From the human T2T-CHM13v2.0 reference genome, Homo sapiens, in assembly GCF_009914755.1 (NCBI RefSeq), contig NC_060925.1: DNA of 64,000 nucleotides. One strand, given 5' to 3'. Below are positions 21,601 through 64,000 of this stretch, piece by piece (the first letter of the stretch is position 1; each line of letters starts with the position of its first letter). The notes under the pieces are model-generated. The model was not told the origin of the DNA. It saw only the letters and a program-made list of their open reading frames with translations, and did not search any database. Made by a program: the position numbers and the translations under genes.

Positions 21601-21973
21601 TGTATTAGTCCATTCTCACACTGCTATGAACTGCCCGAGACTGGGTAAATTTCTAAAGGAAAGAAGTTTAATTGACTCGCAGTCCTGCATGGCTGGGGAG
21701 GACACAGGAAACTTACAATCATGGCAAAAAGGAAAGAAAACACATCCTTCCTGACATAGCAGGAGAGAGAAGTGCTGAGTGAAGTGGGGAAAAGCCCTTT
21801 ATAAAACCATCAGATCTCATGAGAATGCACTCACTACCACGAGAACAGCATGGGGGAACTGCCCCCATGATCTAATCACCTTCCACAAGGTCCTGTCCCC
21901 AACACATGGGGATTACAATTTGGATTACAATTCAAGATGAGATTTTGGGTGGGGACACAGCCAAACCATATCA
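21601..21973 (-). mobile_element. THE1 (ERVL-MaLR) solo LTR
   Basis: Reverse of TGATATGGTTTGGCTGTGTCCCCACCC...AATACA; 5-bp TSD AGCAC/ATCAC. Confidence 0.9.
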
Positions 21974-22430
21974 ATCACTAATCTATTTTCTGTCTCTATG
22001 GAGTTGCCTATTCTAAATATAGTATTGTTTTCTTTCACTTAATGTGATGCTTTTGAGGTTTATCCAAGCTGCAGCATGTTTCAGTATTTCATTCCTTTGT
22101 ATGGCTGAATAATAGTCTATTATGTGTGTGTGTGTGTGTACTACAATTTGTTTATCTATTCATTCATTAATGGCCATTTGGGTTGTTTCCACATTTTGGC
22201 TATTACGAATAATGCTATTATAAACACTAGTGTACAAGCTTCTGTGTGGATGCGTGTTTTCATTTCTCTTTTATTTATACCTAGCAGTGGAATTGCTGGG
22301 TCATATAGTAATTGTATGTCTTTTTGGGGAACTGCCAAATTTTCCGTAGCAGCTGCATTATTTTATATTCACCCAGCAATGTATGAAGTTTCTATTTTTT
22401 TTTTTTACATCCTCCTTGACACTGTTTTTA

Positions 22431-22649
<219 letters not shown>

Positions 22650-22970
22650 TCAAAAAAAAAAAAATAATAAAATAAAAAAATTATAGGCATTTTAGTAGGT
22701 GTGGTCATTGTGGTTTTGATTTGCATTTTTCTAATGATTAGTGATGTTGAGGCTCTTTTCATATACTTGTTAGCCATTTCCATTTCCATATCTTCTTTGG
22801 AGAAATGTCCTTTCAAGTTCTTCCCCCATTTTTAAACTGGGTTCTTTGTTGTTGAGTTGTAAGAATTCCTTATATATTCTGAATGCGAACACCTTTTTGG
22901 ATATATAATTTGCAAATATTTTTCCCATTCTGTAGGGATTTTTTTTCACTTCACTGATATTATTCTTTAA

Positions 22971-23108
<138 letters not shown>

Positions 23109-24401
23109 TGAGTAGCTGGGACTACAGGCACCCGCCACCATGCCTGGCTAATTTTTTGTATTTTTAGTAAAGATGGGGTTTCACCATGTCAGCCAGGATG
23201 GTCTCGATCTCCTGACCTTGTGATCCGCCTGCCTCGGCCTCCCAAAGTGCTGGGATTACAGGCTTGAGCCACCGCACCCAGCCAATGAAGTTTTGTACCC
23301 TGCAATTTTGCTGAATTTATTTATTAGTGCTAGTTTTGTTTTTTTGGTGAATTCTTTGGGATTTTCTATATGTAGACATGTCATCTGCAAATAGAGATAA
23401 TTTTACATCTTCCTTTCTAATTTGCAAGCTGTTTTTGTTTTTCTTGCTTAATTCCTCTGGGTAAGACTTCCAGTACTATATTGAATAGCAGTAGTGAAGG
23501 TGGAAATCCTTACCTTTTTCCTAATGTTAGGGGAAAGCTTTCTGTCTTTTATCACTGAGTGTGATACCAGCTGTGCATTTTTCTAGATTATGTTCAGGTA
23601 GTCTTTTTCTATTCCTAGTTTTCTGAGTGCTTTTTGTCATGAAAGGGTGTTGGATTTTGTCAAATGCCATTCCTTGCACCAATTGAGATGATCATGTGGT
23701 TTTACTCTCTTGAAGTATTAATGTGGTGTATTACATTGATTTATTTTCTTATGTTGAACCACCTCTGCCTTTCTGGGATAAATCTCACTTGGTCATAGCA
23801 TATAATCTTTTTAATGTGCTATTGGATTTGCTTGTTATCTTGTTGAGTATTTTTGCATCTATACTCGTAAGGGATATTGATCTGTAGTTTTGACTTTTTT
23901 TTTCCTCTTATGGTATCTTTGTCTGCAGTCCACTTAATTTTAAATCTATAATTGAGAAGGAATAAACCAATTCTGTAATTCTAAACTGGCCAGAGTAGTG
24001 CCAGACCAAGAATACTATCAAGTGAAATTTCAAACTTTTCTGAGACATAAAATTCATGACTTTAGTGACTTAAATTTGAAAGATTGCCTCATTGTCTCCA
24101 TCACAGAGGATGTTGTATACTTGGTCCTGAAAAATATGTTTGACTAGGGTCCCATGATGGTCATCCATTAGGTAAGACAATAATTTGGCTTCATAAGTCC
24201 CCAGAAGAGGTTAAGCGTCCTGAGAAGGTAATGGGATAGGGAACATAGGAACATGTAGGATATGAGCTTCCTTAATACAGAAGAAAAGGTTTTTCTTAAC
24301 TTATATATTTCATTCCATCTTCCCATTAGAGAAAAAACTTAATCTTATTTTGCTTTTTGAAAAAATTCTTCCAACAATATATTTCTGTACATGACTCTCA
24401 T

Positions 24402-24407
24402 TTTATT
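24402..24407 (-). terminator. Candidate distal THEM4 poly(A) signal AATAAA (~4-kb 3'UTR)
   Basis: tttatt on the + strand; consistent with my recollection that THEM4 mRNA has a ~4-kb 3'UTR. Confidence 0.6.
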
Positions 24408-24515
24408 GTTTCTTAGACATTTAGAAACCTGGGAGTAAGAGCAAAAACTCACGGCCTAATTATGTTTACACTGATAGTTTAAAGATATTTTAGCACTAAC
24501 CAGCATCAATTCCTA

Positions 24516-24977
<462 letters not shown>

Positions 24978-25845
24978 CTACCTGTTCTGCCACCTTTTGT
25001 TATCTTACATACTTGTCAAAATACAACCTGAGGAAAGCAAGAGTGCCAGGGCATGGTGAAGGCTAGGAATAGTCTGCTGCAAAGCAGGGAAGCCATTTTT
25101 CCCTCACTGGCTATGGGGAACCCTATGTTAACAGTGACTGAGCTTTTTCCTTAGTTGATCTTGTGCAGCATCTAACCTGGATGTGAGCAAACCAGTGTAA
25201 GAAATGAAACTGTAAAGGGAAAAAAGTGGATACGAAGGGAGGCAGGCATACTTAACATGAAGAAAACCTGGTCATTTGGCACTCTTTCAGTTAGGTTCTT
25301 TCACTTGGCTGGAGGTCTGGTGTGCCATAGCAGTTCTGCAAGCCTGCCAGAGAAATCTAACGATGAGAGTACAGTACCTTCATTGTCTAAACTTCCTCCC
25401 AACTAGTTAAGTGAAACTAGCTAAATGAGCAGTGCTGGCTTATTCCTTCGGAGTCATATTTTTTAACATGTGAAATATAATTATTGTAAGAGTCCACTCT
25501 CTTAAGTTTCAGGATTTGTTGGAAGACTGGGAATAGAGGGTGGCCATTGCCAGACCTGTAACTTGTAGAGCTGTGAGCCCAGCCATCTCCTGGGGCACTT
25601 TCCCAGGCTCTCTCAGAATTTCTGGGAGAAGGAACTGCCAGCTTCACCCCTGCAGTGCCCCCATGTCTGCTGGGCCCTTGCAACTTGAGAACTGGAGTTG
25701 GGCACTAGAGACAGGGCTTCCAGGATGTGGGTCTTCCTCTGGCTTGGCCATCCCAGGTCAGTCAGCTCTGGCAATGGAGGGCTCCAGCTGATCTTTTGGC
25801 TGTGGAAGGATGACTGGGTAGGGTACCACAAGGCTGTCCCTAAGT

Positions 25846-25925
25846 TATTAGGTTGAACCATAGGAAATTGTCAATATTTGACCATTCTGTTCTTCGAAAT
25901 AGTGATTTCATATGGTTCAGCTTAA
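25846..25925. mobile_element. MADE2-like mariner-derived miniature inverted-repeat element (~80 bp)
   Basis: TIRs TTAGGTTGAACCATAGGAAATT ... GATTTCATATGGTTCAGCTTAA (18/22 complementary). Confidence 0.8.
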
Positions 25926-26021
25926 ATTTCTAATATGGGGAAAGAAAGGAAAGAAATGGAAGCCCAAATAATCTATTGCCTGCACTAGGAAGCAGAATAT
26001 ATTTTCCAGAACATTAGTCTC

Positions 26022-27008
26022 TGTAGGGAAAAGAGAGATCAGACTGTTACTGTGTCTATGTAGAAAGGAAGACATGAGAAATTCCATTTTGATCTGTTCT
26101 AAGAAAATTGCTTTGCCTTGAGATGCTGTTAATCTGTAACTTTAGCCCCAACCCTGTGCTTACAGAAACATGTGCTGTATGGAATCAAGGTTTAAGGGAT
26201 CTAGGACTGTGCAGGACGTGCCTCATTAACAGTATGTTTACAGGCAGTATGCTTGGTAAAAGTCATCGCCATTCTCCATTCTCAATTAACCAGGGGCAAA
26301 ATGCACTGTGGAAAGCCGCAGGGACCTCTGCCCAAGAAAGCCTGGGTATTGTCCAAGGTTTCCCCCCACTGAGACAGCCTGAGATATGGCCTCCCGGGAA
26401 GGGAAAGACCTGACCATCCCCCAGCCCGACACCCGCAAAGGGTCTGTGCTGAGGGGGATTAGTAAAAGAGGAAGGCCTCTTGTGGTTGAGATGAGGAAGG
26501 CCTCTGTCTCCTGCATGCCCCTGGGAACAGCATGTCTTGGTGTAAAACCCGATCCTATGTTCGTTCCATTCTGAGATAGGAGAAAACCACCCTGTGGCTG
26601 GAGCCGAGATACGCTGGCGGCAATGCTGCTGTTACTCTTTGCTACACTGAGATGTTTGGGTGGAGAGAAGCATAAATCTGGCCTACCTACACATCTGGGC
26701 ATAGTACCTTCCCTTGAACTTATTTGTAACACAGATTCCTTTGCTCACATATTTTCCTGCTGACCTTCTCCCCACTATCACCCTGTTCTCCTGCTGCATT
26801 CCCCTTGCCGAGATAGTGAAAACAGTAATCAATAAATACTGAGAGAGCTGAGACTGGGGCCGGTGCGGGTCCTCTGTATGCTGAGCACCGGTCCCCTGGG
26901 CCCAGGGTTCTTTCTTTATACTTTGTCTCTGTGCCTTATTTCTTTTCTCAGTCTCTCATCCCACCTGATGAGAAACACCCACAGGTGTGGAGGGGCTGGC
27001 CCCCTTCA
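26022..27008 (+). mobile_element. HERV-K(HML-2) solo LTR5 (older LTR5A/B-like, not LTR5_Hs)
   Basis: TGTAGGGAAAAGAGAGATCAGACTGTTACTGTGTCTATGTAG...CCCCTTCA, 987 bp; AATAAA 26831-26836; 6-bp TSD AGTCTC/ACTCTC. Confidence 0.92.
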
Positions 27009-27044
27009 ACTCTCCGTTCATTTTTTAGTTTTGTTGAGGCTCTT

Positions 27045-27510
27045 TTACAGGTTGAATTGTGTCCTCCCAAAAAAGGTATGTTGTGGTCCTAATCTTCAAT
27101 ACCTCATAAGGTCACTTTATTTGGAAATACATTTTTTACAGAGGTAATCAAGTTAAAATGAGGTCATTCAGGTGGGTCCATTATGACTGGTTTCCTTATA
27201 AAAAGAGGAGACTTGGACACAGAGATAGATCTGCACAGAGGGAAGACACTGTGGAGACACACAGAGGGAATGCCATGTGAAGATGGAGGACTGGAATGAT
27301 GCATCTAGAAGCCAAGGAACACCTGAGGCTCCCAGAAGCCAGGAGGGAGGCGTGGACAGCTCCTTCCCTAGCACTTTCAGGAGAATGGCCTTGGTCAACA
27401 CCTTGATTTTGAACTTCTGGCCTCCAGAACTGAGAGACAATGAGTTTTTGTTGGTTTAAACAATCCAGTTTGTACTACTTTGCTACAGCAGCCCTAGGAA
27501 ATGAACACAG
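27045..27510 (+). mobile_element. MLT1 (MaLR) LTR
   Basis: GGTTGAATTGTGTCCTCCC...TTCTGGCCTCCAGAACTGAGAGACAAT...GCAGCCCTAGGAAA. Confidence 0.8.
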
Positions 27511-27763
27511 GCTCCTTCCAGTGATGAAAACCTATGCTGTTGGTAAGAAACAATAGTACAGCCTGGGTTAAAAATGGCACAGTGGTTTAATCTCTAGAAT
27601 CTCAGACAACAGATTTGAGGTATTCATTCCTATAGGATCTGGCTGTGCTTCCTACACTGACCAAAAAAGATTCATGTGTTCAGATACAACAAAGCTAGCT
27701 TTCTAACTTACTAACTTACAATGTATATGCATATGCACATGCCTGTGTGTTTCCCGCCATGTA

Positions 27764-27830
27764 TTTATTCTTCATGCTTGGTTTTCTAGCATTTTCAAGT
27801 TTGCAGTAAAAGGTTCAATACACATTTATT
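27764..27830 (-). terminator. Candidate proximal THEM4 poly(A) signals (AATAAA at 27830-27825 and 27769-27764)
   Basis: Two tttatt hexamers on the + strand, about 600 nt after the stop. Confidence 0.55.
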
Positions 27831-27837
27831 TCTCTAG

Positions 27838-28188
<351 letters not shown>

Positions 28189-28401
28189 CGAGAGTTGTCG
28201 ATATGCTCGCAGGAAGTGTTTCTGTGTTAAAAAGTTGAGAAGATGGAAACTGAATCCTCTTTGTATTCAGAAGGCTGTTTCGGAAGGTCACTGTTGGCAG
28301 GCTTCTCCCTACAGGGATTCAGCAGTGAGGGAGCAGAGTATTTGGGGGACAACTGCTTCTTCTGGAGGGGCGAGAATGAGATGGAGTTCACCAGCAGCTC
28401 T

Positions 28402-62962
<34,561 letters not shown>

Positions 62963-64000
62963 GGCTCCGGGCCGCGGGGCCGCGCTTGCTCTAGCCCTGG
63001 ACGGCGCACTCTACCTCCGCCACAAGAGCGCGCGTGCGAGTTAACCCCTGGGGTGGACGCAGGGCGGGGCTTGGGGAGGAGGCGGTGCGCACTACTGGCG
63101 GCTGGCTGGCCGGGGTGTGAGGCCGGCGGGGTCCGGGTAGGGCATCGCTGTTGAGTCTATCTTCTGGTTCCGGCCTTTTCTTTCCGAAGACCTCCCGCTG
63201 CGGCCAACAGCCGGGCCACTTCCGGGGCTTCTCAAAGGCAAGAGGAGCGCGGCCGGAGCGGATCCCGGTTATCGCCTTGGGCCCCTCAGCCCCTCAGCCC
63301 CGGAACCCGCGCGCCGACTGGAGGCTTTGCGGTCATCCTTCCCACATGACCCAGGGCGTACGCAGTGCTCCGTGTCCCCAAGTAGTTATCCCTCCCCCGG
63401 AAGACTGAAGTCCCTGGGGCGGGTAGGAGCGCACGCTAGGAGTAGTATGAATAAAGTGTTTTCTTGGAGGTCATGGGCAAGTCTCTGGACAGGGTTGATA
63501 GTGCTGATTTATAGAGGGCAGTCTGGGCACAAAGAGCATTTATACGATCGAAAAGCTGCTTTCCCTGCCAACAGCCCCATACCCTCCCCAGGAGCGCGCT
63601 TACGCCTTAAAAGACTCTTTTGTTATGTAAACTGACAGTTAAATTAAACGAAGGTAATGGATACTAAAGGCGTAACAGGTATTGTAACTATTTTACTGTT
63701 ATCGATGCTTTTGAGGTTACTTACCTCGCTTGTATTCGTATGGTGGGAATACTAGGCGCATACCTTCTGAGCTTCGAATTCAGTAACCTCACTGGGACCT
63801 TGAAATCGGACTGGGTTGGAGTATTCCCATTACTCAGATAATGCAAATCCGGGTCATCATACCCCTTTATTTTTAAATGCTTAGCAGTATGCCATAGCCC
63901 TAGTCCATCCTAAGGTGAAGACTCTAATGGGTTTTTTTTGAGACAGAGTCTCGCAGAGATACTGCTATTGCACTTCAGCCTGGGCAACATACTGATGCCC

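Overview
Human (hominid) genomic DNA, recognisable as the chr1q21.3 tandem pair of mitochondrial hotdog-fold acyl-CoA thioesterase genes, both on the minus strand. THEM5 has 6 coding exons (CDS 7018->824, 247 aa) and THEM4/CTMP has 6 coding exons (CDS 62962->28402, 240 aa). I rebuilt both CDSs from GT-AG boundaries, and the lengths and phases close exactly (744 and 723 nt). THEM4 has a CpG-island promoter at the right end and probably a long, repeat-built 3'UTR. The rest is mostly transposon-derived: about 35 Alus or Alu pieces, a decayed L1PB-type element with nested insertions, old L1/L2 pieces, solo LTRs (LTR5, MER9, LTR12C, THE1/MST/MLT, ERV1) and small DNA transposons. Repeat subfamily names come from recall of consensus sequences and need RepeatMasker confirmation. 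I found no convincing new protein-coding gene or new multi-gene system. The best leads are regulatory or structural: a three-layer nested ERV stack aimed antisense at the THEM4 promoter, a poly(A)-site choice that could switch an inverted-Alu duplex in the THEM4 3'UTR on or off, in-frame read-through of the last intron in both paralogs, a closely spaced inverted Alu pair at the THEM5 promoter, a YGCY-rich minisatellite in the THEM5 3'UTR, and an Alu-derived GAA tract.
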